Positions 28,635 to 38,218 of a stretch of 62,009 nt of DNA are shown here, in pieces (the first letter of the stretch is position 1; every line of letters begins with the position of its first letter). The position numbers and the translations under genes were made by a program. Below the pieces are notes generated by a model, which was not told the origin of the DNA, made no database searches, and saw only the letters and a list, made by a program, of their open reading frames with translations. This DNA comes from Pseudomonadota bacterium (GTDB lineage Bacteria > Desulfobacterota > Desulfobacteria > Desulfobacterales > JBDRRP01), in NCBI GenBank assembly GCA_043825735.1, contig JBDRRP010000040.1:124001-186009 (forward strand), in the 5' to 3' direction.

Positions 28635-29561
28635 ATGAGAAAAATAGGGCGGTTCTTTGGAGGATGTCGGGCGGTGCTGCTGGTGATGATGTGCACCCTG
28701 GGTAGCGCGGCAGCCGAAGGCCCCTGCCTTGTCCAGCATCCGCTTCAGCCCCCCCGGGCCGAATTTACCGGACGCTGCCCCAATTGCGGCATGACGCGCG
28801 CCATGTGGGCGCGCACCTGGTATACCTTTACAGACAGCCATGGTCCGCAGCAGGCCTGCTCCATGCACTGCCTGGCAGATCGTGTCGTCAAATCCGGTGA
28901 ACGCGCCGAAGCCGTTCGGGTGGCGTGCTACTTGACGCCGGAAACCATGATCCCGGCGGCGGAGGCGTTTTATGTACTGGGTTCCAGCGCCGCCGGCACC
29001 ATGAGCGCCCAGAGCAAACCGGCCTTTGCCGGCCAGGACCGTGCTGAAAGGTTTGCAGCGACCTGCGGCGGGCGGGTGATGCGGTTTGCCGACGCTTTTG
29101 CCGTGGCTACCGCGGCCCTGCCGACTGAAAACCGAATGATCGCTGAGCGACGTCTCAAAAAGGGGAAAATAGCGGAACCGGTGGACAACGCGGACAGCTG
29201 TTTGGTCTGCGAGATGTTTCCTGCCCGCTACCCCCGGCATCGCGCTCAGATTCGGATGGGCCCGGCGCCACCGCTGCATTTTTGCTCAACACAGTGTCTG
29301 TTTATCTATTTGTCTCGAATGCCGGTCGCCGAGAAAGGCACGGTCATGGTCTGGGTGACCGACACCCCATCGGGAGAATGGATCAGCGGCCTGGTGGCGT
29401 TTTACGTGGTGGGATCAGAAAAGTTAGGCCCCATGGGTTATGAGGCATTCGCCTTTGCAGAGAGGGCGGCGGCCGAGTCATTTGCCGCAGAGGCCGGGAA
29501 AGGCCGCGTGGTGGGTTTTGAGGCGGTGAGCCCCGAGATGATTGGCGGCGGACACCCTTGA
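28635..29561 (+). CDS. Tandem NosL-family metal-binding protein
   Basis: Two repeats: CPNCGM...CSMHC...YVLGS...GTM and CLVCEM...CSTQC...YVVGS...GPMG. Confidence 0.8.
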   Translation: MRKIGRFFGGCRAVLLVMMCTLGSAAAEGPCLVQHPLQPPRAEFTGRCPNCGMTRAMWARTWYTFTDSHGPQQACSMHCLADRVVKSGERAEAVRVACYLTPETMIPAAEAFYVLGSSAAGTMSAQSKPAFAGQDRAERFAATCGGRVMRFADAFAVATAALPTENRMIAERRLKKGKIAEPVDNADSCLVCEMFPARYPRHRAQIRMGPAPPLHFCSTQCLFIYLSRMPVAEKGTVMVWVTDTPSGEWISGLVAFYVVGSEKLGPMGYEAFAFAERAAAESFAAEAGKGRVVGFEAVSPEMIGGGHP

Positions 29562-29693
29562 TGGCCCTTTAAAAAGTCTAAAATCACCACAGAGGACGCA
29601 GAGAGCGCAGAGATAGCTTACTATTTATTCAGTATATTCTCTGCGGCCCGCTGCGGTCTCTGTGGTTCAAAATCACTTTTTACGGTTTCATCA
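29559..29693. repeat. Nested inverted repeat: TGATG-N6-TAAAAAGT / ACTTTTTA-N6-CATCA around a CGCAGAG-periodic hairpin
   Basis: Outer arms 29559-29577 and 29675-29693; inner arms 29586-29613 and 29638-29666. Confidence 0.75.
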
Positions 29694-29758
29694 GTGTTCG
29701 ATGTTCAAAGTTCATCTTTGTGCAGTTTCCTGTCTCCCTTCGCGAGAAAATTGCGATT

Positions 29759-30448
29759 TTACGAGTTTGGTACTACTGAGCTTTCAAGGCGGGCCGCTGC
29801 CGCTGTGGCCATCTCTTTTACCGGCAGGCGGGTCAGCCGGCTGCCGTCAAAGAATTCGAACAACTGATCATCATCTGAAAGACGACGGAGCGTCGGCAGC
29901 AGGGCGGTATCGCCGGCAGCGCCGGCCGCCCAAGCGGCCAGTCCCCGCCGTTGCGGGTCTTCGGCATCAAGATGGGGCAACAGAAGATGGCCCCAGCCGG
30001 CCAACTGTCCCGGACGGCTATGGACGGCACGGCCGACACCCCACAAGAGTCCCTGCTGCAGCATCGGGTGCTCCAGGTAGTTGCGGCAGGGATCAAGATA
30101 GGACACCAGAATGCGGTGATAGGCGTCGGCGATCGACGCATGCCGTGCCACACATTCCCCCAACGCCTCGGGGCATCCCCAACCGATTCCTCCGGATTCA
30201 TCGTTTAGCTGCCACATCATTCGCCGAATGACCACCCGGGCGGATTCCAGCGCCGTGTCGGCCAGCTGCGACACCACCGCGCCCATGGCCACCACGGCAC
30301 GCCAGCGGACCATCGGTTTCGGGTGAAGCAGAAAAGCAAACAAAGGGTTGACGATCCGGCGGCCGGGTATCTGCAGCAGTGCGGGCAGCCGGGTGTCGAA
30401 GGCATCATCGATGAGAACCTGAAGGACCTCGTTTTTTAAGCGTCGCAC
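29759..30448 (-). CDS. DVU0298-family HEAT-repeat protein
   Basis: RRMMWQLNDESGGIGWGCPEALGE motif. Confidence 0.8.
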   Translation of the reverse strand: MRRLKNEVLQVLIDDAFDTRLPALLQIPGRRIVNPLFAFLLHPKPMVRWRAVVAMGAVVSQLADTALESARVVIRRMMWQLNDESGGIGWGCPEALGECVARHASIADAYHRILVSYLDPCRNYLEHPMLQQGLLWGVGRAVHSRPGQLAGWGHLLLPHLDAEDPQRRGLAAWAAGAAGDTALLPTLRRLSDDDQLFEFFDGSRLTRLPVKEMATAAAARLESSVVPNS

Positions 30449-30461
30449 GGCCCCGTACCTG

Positions 30462-30809
30462 TCAGAATGTGATGACGTCGTAGCCGGCCTGACGGTAGGC
30501 GGTCAAGGAGGGATGGCCGGACATATCGTCGAGCAGGGGCAGTCCCATGTCTTCTGCCGCTTTGACCGTTCCCGTCTTGGTGGCACAGGCTCGGCACACC
30601 CCGGCGACCAGTCTGGCGGACAGTACTTTCTTCCACAGCCCGTTGAGCGGGTTTCCGGCAGTGTTCAGCGCCGGTATCAGACCGGTGGCGGCGCCTTCGA
30701 TGACAATCGCCGCCGCGATGCCCCGCTCTTTCATGTCCAGAGCGTTCAGCAGAACATGAATAAAGCACATGGGGTCGCCGTTGAAAACGAAAAGCGCTGC
30801 TTTTTCCAT
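30462..30809 (-). CDS. DsrE-like cytoplasmic protein
   Basis: FNGDPMCFIHVLLNA, VCRACA, GHPS, GYDVITF. Confidence 0.8.
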   Translation of the reverse strand: MEKAALFVFNGDPMCFIHVLLNALDMKERGIAAAIVIEGAATGLIPALNTAGNPLNGLWKKVLSARLVAGVCRACATKTGTVKAAEDMGLPLLDDMSGHPSLTAYRQAGYDVITF

Positions 30810-30827
30810 GGCATGATATCCTTTGCG

Positions 30828-31022
30828 TTACTGGCAAGACCAGACGATGCAGTCTTCCGGGCAGTATTTGATGGCTTCGTCAACGCAAGATTCCGGATAG
30901 GCGTCCATATCGATGACTTCAAGATATCCGGTATCGTTGATACGGAACACTTCCGGACAGGCTGCGATGCATCCTTCGCACAGGGTGCACTGACCGATAT
31001 CGACTTCCGGTGTGCGCTTCAT
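30828..31022 (-). CDS. Single-cluster [4Fe-4S] ferredoxin
   Basis: CTLCEGCIAACPEVF...CPEDCI. Confidence 0.9.
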   Translation of the reverse strand: MKRTPEVDIGQCTLCEGCIAACPEVFRINDTGYLEVIDMDAYPESCVDEAIKYCPEDCIVWSCQ

Positions 31023-31055
31023 GAGGCACTCTCCCGTGGAGCGGCCGTAACCTAT

Positions 31056-31097
31056 TGTCCGTCCAAAAATGGTAGATTAGTGTCCGTCCAGAAATGG
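31056..31097. repeat. Tandem TGTCCGTCCA(A/G)AAATGG repeat
   Basis: Two 17-nt copies; related sequences near 16490-16507 and 37069-37092. Confidence 0.55.
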
Positions 31098-31100
31098 ACG

Positions 31101-32294
31101 CTAACCCAGTTTTTCGATCAACGCCCGGGCCACCGATCGGCCCAGTTCCTCACATTCCGCGATGGCGCCGCTGTCAGGTACGTAGTGGGCGCGCACGCCG
31201 GGTGAGACGATGTCCATATTCATGGATTCCAGCACTTCTGTGACCTGTTTGACCGCTTCTCCGCTCCAGCCGTAGGAACCGAAGGACGCGCCGATCTTGT
31301 TTAGCGGTTTGAGCCCCTTGATGTATGTCAGCACGTCGGCGACCGTGGGAAACAGGTTGTTGTTCAGCGTTGGGGAGCCCACCACCACCGCGCCGGCGTC
31401 CATGACCTCGGTCATGATCTCGCTGCGGTGCGAGCTGCGGATGTGGATGGGCACGGCAGGAACGCCTTCGGCAGCGATGCCCGCCACGACGGCTTCGGCC
31501 ATTTTCTGCGTGCTGTGCCACATGGTGTCGTAGATGACCACCGCTTTTTTCTGCGGCTCCTGGCGGCACCATGTTTCATAGGCGGTGATAATTTTCCCAG
31601 GGTCTTTGCGCCAGATGATGCCGTGGTCGGGACAGATCATGTCGATGGGCAGGCCCATCTCCTTGACCTGTGCGATGAGTTTGCCCAGCTTCGGCGTATA
31701 GAGCAGCAGGATGTTGGCAAAATACTTTTTGGCATGGGTCATGATGGCATCGCCGATTTCATCGTCGAAGCGTTCATGGCCGGCGTAATGCTGACCGAAA
31801 CCGTCGCTGGAAAAGAGGATGCGGTCCTCTTTGAGATAGGTGAACATGCTGTCTGGCCAGTGAAGCATCCGGGTTTCCATAAACACCAGCGTCCGCTCGC
31901 CGATAGGGAGCTCTTCGCCGTGGGCCACCGGTTGATAGTTCCATTTGTGGGTGAAATGAAGGCCCAGCGCCTTTAGCCCCATTTTGGAGCAATACAGCGG
32001 TTTGTCCTCACCAATGCGGTGCATGACCCGGGCAAGACCGCCGGAGTGGTCCATTTCGGTATGGTTGCTGATCACCGCATCGATTTTTCGAGGGTCGATG
32101 ATGCTGGCGATGTTATCGATGAGCTGATCGGCAAAGGGCTGTTTCACGGTGTCGATGAGCACCGTTTTTTCCCCCACGATGAGAAACGCGTTGTAGGTGG
32201 TGCCATTGTGTGTGGAGTATCCGTGAAAATCCCTGATGTTCCAGTCGGTAACGCCGACGCTGAAAACATTTTTTGCAATCTCTACTGGTTTCAT
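31101..32294 (-). CDS. fprA: Flavodiiron protein (FprA / rubredoxin:oxygen oxidoreductase)
   Basis: GTTYNAF, HTEMDHSG, HWPDSM, SSDGFG, PDHG, flavodoxin domain GSYGWSGEA. Confidence 0.95.
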   Translation of the reverse strand: MKPVEIAKNVFSVGVTDWNIRDFHGYSTHNGTTYNAFLIVGEKTVLIDTVKQPFADQLIDNIASIIDPRKIDAVISNHTEMDHSGGLARVMHRIGEDKPLYCSKMGLKALGLHFTHKWNYQPVAHGEELPIGERTLVFMETRMLHWPDSMFTYLKEDRILFSSDGFGQHYAGHERFDDEIGDAIMTHAKKYFANILLLYTPKLGKLIAQVKEMGLPIDMICPDHGIIWRKDPGKIITAYETWCRQEPQKKAVVIYDTMWHSTQKMAEAVVAGIAAEGVPAVPIHIRSSHRSEIMTEVMDAGAVVVGSPTLNNNLFPTVADVLTYIKGLKPLNKIGASFGSYGWSGEAVKQVTEVLESMNMDIVSPGVRAHYVPDSGAIAECEELGRSVARALIEKLG

Positions 32295-32504
32295 GGTTTG
32301 CCTCGATAATTGTTAAAAACGGTTTGTCGTTCGACAAGGATCTTCACTCGAAAGCGACGATGCCGCCGTGCTTTAAAAACGCAACTATACTCCCCCCCGC
32401 AACAGGCGGCGGTATCGTTTTCTCGCGCTCGCCAGGCCTCCGATTCATCCGGGAGGTGACGTGCGACATGCCGTTCAAAAACCGTCCGAGCAGCCGGCGG
32501 TTGT

Positions 32505-32663
32505 CTACTCTTTTTCGAAATCATCCTTGCTGGCGCCGCAGACGGGGCATTCCCAGCTTTCCGGCACGTCTTTCCATGCGGTTCCCGGCGCTACGCCGTT
32601 GTCGGGATCGCCCTGCGCGGGATCGTACACATAGCCGCAAACGGTACATACATACTTGTCCAT
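32505..32663 (-). CDS. rub: Rubredoxin (52 aa)
   Basis: Hand translation [62 protein letters not shown]; below the ORF-track length cutoff. Confidence 0.97.
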   Translation of the reverse strand: MDKYVCTVCGYVYDPAQGDPDNGVAPGTAWKDVPESWECPVCGASKDDFEKE

Positions 32664-32765
32664 TTTTTCCTCCTTGTTATTTTGCGTGTCGTAAAAATGT
32701 TCTTTTTCATCTGCAAGACGCTCACAAAGCCCGCACCGGGTGCGCGGAGCACGCCTTCCGCGCCT

Positions 32766-33740
32766 TCACCGTGAGGTGTCGGCGATAAACTGCCGGACCC
32801 GATTTTCAATGGTGTCCCGGTATTGCCGCATCAGCTCCGGTGTTGCAGCGAGGGCGTCGGGGATGCCCCAGGTCTCGACCGATGCCGGGCTGCCGCTCAT
32901 TTCCTGACAGGGGCGGTTTACGGCGATGATCACCTCCGGGGCGTCCTCGGCCAGCGCCTCATCGATGTGTCGTGTCCGCCGGAAGGCCATATCGATGCCT
33001 TTTTCGGCCATAACCGCCGCCATCTGGCCCGATGGCGCCGGTGCCGGCCGGGTGCCGGCACAAGAAGCATCGAACCGATTTCCGGCCAGATGCTGCAGGA
33101 ACGCCGCCGCCATATGACTGCCGTCGATGTGTGCATCCCCAGCAAACAGCACCTTTTGACGGTCGGCCAGTGGCGCCATGATCCGGGCCACGGCCGCTTT
33201 GATGTCGGCATACACCGTGGGGTGAGCGGCCATGTCCCCCGGGTGTTCGATTTCGCGGTACATGAGGCGCTCTTTGAAACGGGCTGCAACGGCATCAAAG
33301 AAATACTGGGCGGTCAAATCCAGACCGTCAAAGAGCTGTTTGCCGCGGGTGGCGCCAACCGCCAGCATCACGCCGGTGCGGGTGGCGTCCAGGGGGTCCC
33401 TGAGCTTGAGTCTGTATTTTCTGGCCCATAAGGCCTGGCTGCGGTCGATGACCGCCTTGAGTTGAGCGGTAACGTTGTAAAAGAACACCGGCGAGGCGGC
33501 CACGACCACTTCCGCTTCGCGCAGCAGCGGGTAGAGGACGGGCGTCATGTCGTCTTTGATGGGGCAAGTGCCTTTTTTCTCGCAGACCACCAATTCCTTG
33601 CATGGCTGGATGTCCATTCGGCAGACTTCGGCCAGATGGGTCCGGGCTCCAAGCCGCCGGGCTTCCGAGAGAAAGGCAGACAGCAGAAAATGGGTGTTGC
33701 TTTTACGCCGCGGGCTGCCCTGAAGTCCGAGAATCAGCAT
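32766..33740 (-). CDS. Iron-sulfur flavoprotein/NADPH-FMN reductase fused to a degenerate ArsC/LMW-PTP domain
   Basis: GSPRRKSNT, ASPVFFY, KAVIDR; C-terminal SHMAAAF...AGTRP...MAEKGID...WGIPD. Confidence 0.8.
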   Translation of the reverse strand: MLILGLQGSPRRKSNTHFLLSAFLSEARRLGARTHLAEVCRMDIQPCKELVVCEKKGTCPIKDDMTPVLYPLLREAEVVVAASPVFFYNVTAQLKAVIDRSQALWARKYRLKLRDPLDATRTGVMLAVGATRGKQLFDGLDLTAQYFFDAVAARFKERLMYREIEHPGDMAAHPTVYADIKAAVARIMAPLADRQKVLFAGDAHIDGSHMAAAFLQHLAGNRFDASCAGTRPAPAPSGQMAAVMAEKGIDMAFRRTRHIDEALAEDAPEVIIAVNRPCQEMSGSPASVETWGIPDALAATPELMRQYRDTIENRVRQFIADTSR

Positions 33741-33747
33741 GATGGTT

Positions 33748-34110
33748 CTACCCTTTAATGCTGTGGCAGTCTTTGCATCCGATGGGGCCGGATTTCTTGC
33801 CATCGTTTTTGTCCTGCCGGTGGCATTTCTGGCACTGCTTCATCACATCTTTTTTCCCAAGCTGCCCTGCGTCCTGAAGCGCCGCTATAGCGCCTTTTTT
33901 CTGAGGGAACAGGTTGTGGCACGCCTCGCAGACCGAGAGGGTGTCCTGATGGGCTTTGTGAGGGAAGGGGACTTTCCCGGTTTTGCCGCCGTCAAGTACG
34001 ATAGCCGCTGCTCCGCGATCGGTTTTCTGGATTGCCCAATTGCCGGCGATGGCCCACCCGGCGGCAGCGCCGATCAAAGCCAGCACTACTGCGCCAATGA
34101 TCACTCTCAT
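33748..34110 (-). CDS. Periplasmic triheme cytochrome c (c3/c7 family)
   Basis: Signal peptide; FPHKAH, CEACH, CQKCH, CKDCH. Confidence 0.88.
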   Translation of the reverse strand: MRVIIGAVVLALIGAAAGWAIAGNWAIQKTDRGAAAIVLDGGKTGKVPFPHKAHQDTLSVCEACHNLFPQKKGAIAALQDAGQLGKKDVMKQCQKCHRQDKNDGKKSGPIGCKDCHSIKG

Positions 34111-34220
34111 GGGGTGCCTCCTGTGTTGAAGTGGCTTTCTGTGGACAGCGCCGCGGGGGCGGCGCCGGGTCTTGCCGCGCCCGCGGGGTGGTTTCAGAAT
34201 TCACCAAAAGCCGCCCATTG

Positions 34221-35249
34221 TCAATACGCGTAGTCTCCTGACAGATCTTCGTCGGTCACCTTGCCCCGGAAGAGGCGGTAAGCCCAGATCTGGTAGGCGA
34301 TCACCACAGGAATGAATACGGCGACCACTGTGAGCATGATTTTGAGGGTCAAGGGGCTGGACGAGGCGTTGTAGGCAGTGAGGGAGAAATAGGGCCGGAT
34401 GGTGGATGGCAGCATATTTGGAAACAGTCCGATGACTCCGAAAAACGTTGCCCCGGCGATGGTTGCCGCTGACGCCAGCCAGGCCTTGAAATAGTCCTGC
34501 CTTGCCAGCAAAAGACGCGTGGCCCCCAGTGCAGCAACGGTCACGGCAATGATGAGAAACAGGGCCGGATGAGCGGTGTAGTTGTCATAGAGTCCGGTGG
34601 CAAATTTGCTGGCGACGAGAAAGATGACCGCCACCACCAGAAGCGCGGGCCACAGCTTTCTAGCGGCGGTAACGGAGCGGGTATGCAGGTCGCCTTCGGT
34701 CTTGATGGCCAGCCACAGGGCGCCGTGAACCAGAAACAGCAGCAGAAACAGGACGCCGCCGATCAGGCCGTAAGGGTTGAGCAGGGTTAACAGGTTCCCG
34801 TGATAGACCCCCTGGGCATCGATGGGAATGCCCTTGAAAATATTTGCGAAGGCCACACCGAACAGGACCGCCGGCAGTGCGCTGCCCACAAAGATGCCCG
34901 TGTCCCACAGCCGGGTCCAGCGCGGGTCATCGATTTTGCCCCGGAACTCGAATGACACGCCTCGGATGATCAGCGCAAAGAGCACCAGCATCAGGGCCGA
35001 GTACAGTGACGAGAACATCACGGCATAGACCTTTGGAAAAGCCGCAAAAGTGACGCCGCCAGCGGTGAGCAGCCAGACCTCATTGCCGTCCCATACCGGG
35101 CCGAGGGAGTTGATCATCACCCGTTTGTCCCGCTCGGATGCACCCAGAAAAGGATAGAGGGCGCCGACACCAAAATCGAATCCGTCGGTGATGAAAAAGA
35201 TCGCCCACAAAAGGCCCCAAAGAAAAAACCAAATCGCCTGTAATTCCAT
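34221..35249 (-). CDS. cydB: Cytochrome bd oxidase subunit II
   Basis: DGFDFG, GPVWDGNEVWL, RGVSFEFR. Confidence 0.96.
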   Translation of the reverse strand: MELQAIWFFLWGLLWAIFFITDGFDFGVGALYPFLGASERDKRVMINSLGPVWDGNEVWLLTAGGVTFAAFPKVYAVMFSSLYSALMLVLFALIIRGVSFEFRGKIDDPRWTRLWDTGIFVGSALPAVLFGVAFANIFKGIPIDAQGVYHGNLLTLLNPYGLIGGVLFLLLFLVHGALWLAIKTEGDLHTRSVTAARKLWPALLVVAVIFLVASKFATGLYDNYTAHPALFLIIAVTVAALGATRLLLARQDYFKAWLASAATIAGATFFGVIGLFPNMLPSTIRPYFSLTAYNASSSPLTLKIMLTVVAVFIPVVIAYQIWAYRLFRGKVTDEDLSGDYAY

Positions 35250-35309
35250 GAAAATATCTCCCTTGTTAAAATCCTATCCGCCGGTTGACGAAGTGCAATC
35301 ACCGGCGGT

Positions 35310-36635
35310 TCAGCGCGACTTTTCCGGTGTCGGTGACATCGCCGGGCCTTTTTTGGCGTGGCTGGCGATGAGATAAAACCCAAGGGCGCCCAGCAGTGTG
35401 TACACCACGAAAAAGCCGCCCAGCGAGGCGATCACCTGTAGCGTGGACACCGGGGATACGCCGCTTGAGGTTTTCATCAGGCCATAGACGATCCAGGGCT
35501 GGCGACCGACTTCAGCTAAAAGCCACCCCATTTGAATGGCCAGATATGGTAGCGGAATCGCCCACAGCATGGTTTTCAGGTAAAGCGGGCTCTGTTCAAG
35601 CGTGTTGCGTTTGAACCAGCCGACAATCATTAGCAGGGGAAACGCGGTGCCCAGTGCCACCATGACGCGGAAAGAAATAAACGTCGGCAGTACCGGCGGC
35701 CGTTCATTCCGGGGGAAGTCTTTGAGTCCGATTACTTCGGCATCGATGTCGTGGTGGCCCAGCAGGCTGAGTCCGCCGGGTATTGATCCGATCTGGACGA
35801 TATTTTTCTCACCGGTTTCGTCCGGGATGGCGAAAAGATGGACCGGTGCGCGGGTGGTTGTTTCCCAGTGGGCCTCCATGGCGGCCAGTTTGGCCGGTTG
35901 TACCTGGGTGACATGAACGGCATGCCAGTCACCGTTGACAGCGGTGAAGACCGAAAAGACCAGTCCAAAGACCAGCGCGATGCGAAACGATGCAGTGAAC
36001 ACTTCGCGATGTTGCTTTTTCAGAAGGTGGTAGGCGCTGACGCCCATCACAAAAAACGCAGCCAGCAGAACAGACGCGCCGATGGTGTGGATGATGGTCA
36101 GCAGGCCGAATTTGTTTAGCACTACCTCGGTGAAGCTGACCAGCTCCGCCCGTCCGTCTCGAAGGGTGAACCCCACGGGTTGCTGCATCCAGCCGTTGGC
36201 GGTAAGAATCCATATGGCCGACACGTTGCTGGCGCCGGCCACCAGCCACATCACCGTGGCATGGGCCTTTTTCGACAACCGTTGCCAGCCGAACACCCAC
36301 ACGCCGATCATGGTCGACTCGAGGAAAAAGGCCAGGGCCGCTTCGATGGCCAGAAGACTGCCGAAGACATCGCCCACATAGGCCGAATATCCGGACCAGT
36401 TGGTACCGAACTGGAATTCGAGCGTAATCCCGGTGACCACGCCGACTGCGAAATTGATCAGAAACAGCTTGCCCCAGAATTTGGTCATGGTGAGGTATTT
36501 TTCTTCCCCGGTTCTCACATACCGGGTTTCCATATAGGCGATGATGATGGACAAGCCCAGCGTCAGAGGCACAAAAAGAAAATGGAACATGGTCGTCGAG
36601 GCAAACTGCAGCCGCGATAGCATTAACGTGTTCAT
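35310..36635 (-). CDS. cydA: Cytochrome bd oxidase subunit I
   Basis: SRLQF...HFLFVP, EFQFGTNW, QPAKLAAME, EVGRQPW. Confidence 0.96.
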   Translation of the reverse strand: MNTLMLSRLQFASTTMFHFLFVPLTLGLSIIIAYMETRYVRTGEEKYLTMTKFWGKLFLINFAVGVVTGITLEFQFGTNWSGYSAYVGDVFGSLLAIEAALAFFLESTMIGVWVFGWQRLSKKAHATVMWLVAGASNVSAIWILTANGWMQQPVGFTLRDGRAELVSFTEVVLNKFGLLTIIHTIGASVLLAAFFVMGVSAYHLLKKQHREVFTASFRIALVFGLVFSVFTAVNGDWHAVHVTQVQPAKLAAMEAHWETTTRAPVHLFAIPDETGEKNIVQIGSIPGGLSLLGHHDIDAEVIGLKDFPRNERPPVLPTFISFRVMVALGTAFPLLMIVGWFKRNTLEQSPLYLKTMLWAIPLPYLAIQMGWLLAEVGRQPWIVYGLMKTSSGVSPVSTLQVIASLGGFFVVYTLLGALGFYLIASHAKKGPAMSPTPEKSR

Positions 36636-36842
36636 TGAAACTCCTTCTTCACATTCGGCCGCTTCATTTTGTGCTGCCGCGGCGTTGTCGTGCCACCGAC
36701 GATGGGACGGGGCTTTCATCCGGGCGCAAATATCCTATCCATTCCCCGGAGGCGATCTCCGGGGCTGGTGCGATCATCATCTGGAGTCGATGGCGCGATG
36801 TGAGATCAGCCGGTCAAACCGGCCGACAGATTCCGCTCGTGA

Positions 36843-37028
36843 TCAGGCGCCGGCATCAAGGGAGCATTGGGTGAAATCGACAGGCTTGCCGCACTTTTTG
36901 CAAGTGTGTTTTTTGTCGAACTCATCTGAGAAGATTTCGATGACCTCGCTGCACGCCGGGCATTTACAGGTGAACGATTGCAGATTTTTAAACTGTTCGT
37001 ATCCAGGGCAGTGTTTGGGTGTGCTCAT
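36843..37028 (-). CDS. Small Cys-rich Zn-ribbon-like protein
   Basis: CPG...CPAC...EIFSDE...CKKC; AAGGAGG RBS. Confidence 0.75.
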   Translation of the reverse strand: MSTPKHCPGYEQFKNLQSFTCKCPACSEVIEIFSDEFDKKHTCKKCGKPVDFTQCSLDAGA

Positions 37029-37105
37029 GGGGACCTCCTTAAAGGTATCGCGCGGTTTGACAGTTTATTGTCCATCCACCGGCGGACGGACAGCCACTGA
37101 TGCAG

Positions 37106-37543
37106 TCATCCTGAGATCTGTTTGGCGATGTCGCGTCCATAATCTTGCGCCATCTTCAGCCCGCCCCCCATCTGGCTGGATTTGAGGCGAAGGGCGGCGC
37201 CGATCATATTCATTTTGAAGATGTGCTTCATGGTGTCGTAAATGCGATCGGGGGCTTCACCACTCCAGCCGAAAGCGCCGAATGCGCCCCCGACGACACC
37301 TTCCAGTTTAGCTTTTTCTGCGAGAAACAGAAGCGTTTTCATGGACTGAAGCATGTCGCCGTGGTAGGTCGCCGCTCCGAGCACGAGGGCGTCATAGCCT
37401 TCCAGATCGCTTTCCTTTTTGATGTCTTTGACATCCATGACGGTGGCTTCGTGTCCGGAAAACCGGATGCCTTCCGCGATCAGGCCGGCAATTTTCTCAG
37501 TCTCGCCCGCACGGCTTGCAAAAATAATGAGTGCTCTGGCCAT
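37106..37543 (-). CDS. Flavodoxin-like protein (FprA-type flavodoxin domain)
   Basis: ASRAGETEKIA, GAATY, GAFGWSGEA; GGAGG RBS. Confidence 0.88.
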   Translation of the reverse strand: MARALIIFASRAGETEKIAGLIAEGIRFSGHEATVMDVKDIKKESDLEGYDALVLGAATYHGDMLQSMKTLLFLAEKAKLEGVVGGAFGAFGWSGEAPDRIYDTMKHIFKMNMIGAALRLKSSQMGGGLKMAQDYGRDIAKQISG

Positions 37544-37751
37544 TGTTTCGCCTCCCGGTGTGCTACTTGATCCGTTTGTCAATGCCGTCCGCCGCGCAGT
37601 CTGGCGTATAGCACGTGTTATCGAGAAATTCGCATTTGACCTTACAAGACGGACACGTGTCCGGGGGCTGATCATTATCGAAGGTGTAACCGCAATTGCT
37701 GCATTTCCAGCTTGCCATGGTGGCCTCCTCTGGTGACCGTGTTCTTTAAAA

Positions 37752-37785
37752 TGGGTGCCGGCGGCGTTGGACGCCGCGGCACCCG
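37752..37785 (-). terminator. Hairpin downstream of dfx
   Basis: GGGTGCCG-GCGGCGT-TGG-ACGCCGC-GGCACCC, followed by ATTTT on the minus strand. Confidence 0.55.
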
Positions 37786-37792
37786 GCTCCGG

Positions 37793-38167
37793 CTACGCTT
37801 TCCACAAACCGTGAAGATTGCAATACTCTCGTGCGGTAACGCTTTTCGCCTCTACGGAGAAGAATGCTTCCGGGGCGTCTCCGGGGTTGAGAAACTGCCG
37901 GTAGACCTTGCCGTCCGCAATGAGTTCGATCCAGACTATCCAGTGTTTTGCTTCCATCGGGTGGGCTACTCCGCCAACCTTGACCTTATAGCCGCCGGCG
38001 GCTTTTTCGATGACCGGCACATGTTTTTCCTTCGCCGCATCGACGGTGTTTTCCGTCATCAGTTTCATCGGTGCGCCGCAGCAGACCAGTTCTCCGGCAC
38101 CGCCAACGAGCACTTCAACGATGTTGCCGCATGCTTCACATTTGTAAACCTGAAGTCTTTCCGCCAT
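37793..38167 (-). CDS. dfx: Desulfoferrodoxin (2Fe superoxide reductase)
   Basis: CEACGN...CCG, EKHVP, HPM...H, YCNLHGLW. Confidence 0.96.
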   Translation of the reverse strand: MAERLQVYKCEACGNIVEVLVGGAGELVCCGAPMKLMTENTVDAAKEKHVPVIEKAAGGYKVKVGGVAHPMEAKHWIVWIELIADGKVYRQFLNPGDAPEAFFSVEAKSVTAREYCNLHGLWKA

Positions 38168-38218
38168 GATTCCTCCTCACGTGTTAAGGGAATAAAAATT
38201 TTCCCGGCCCAGCATCAC

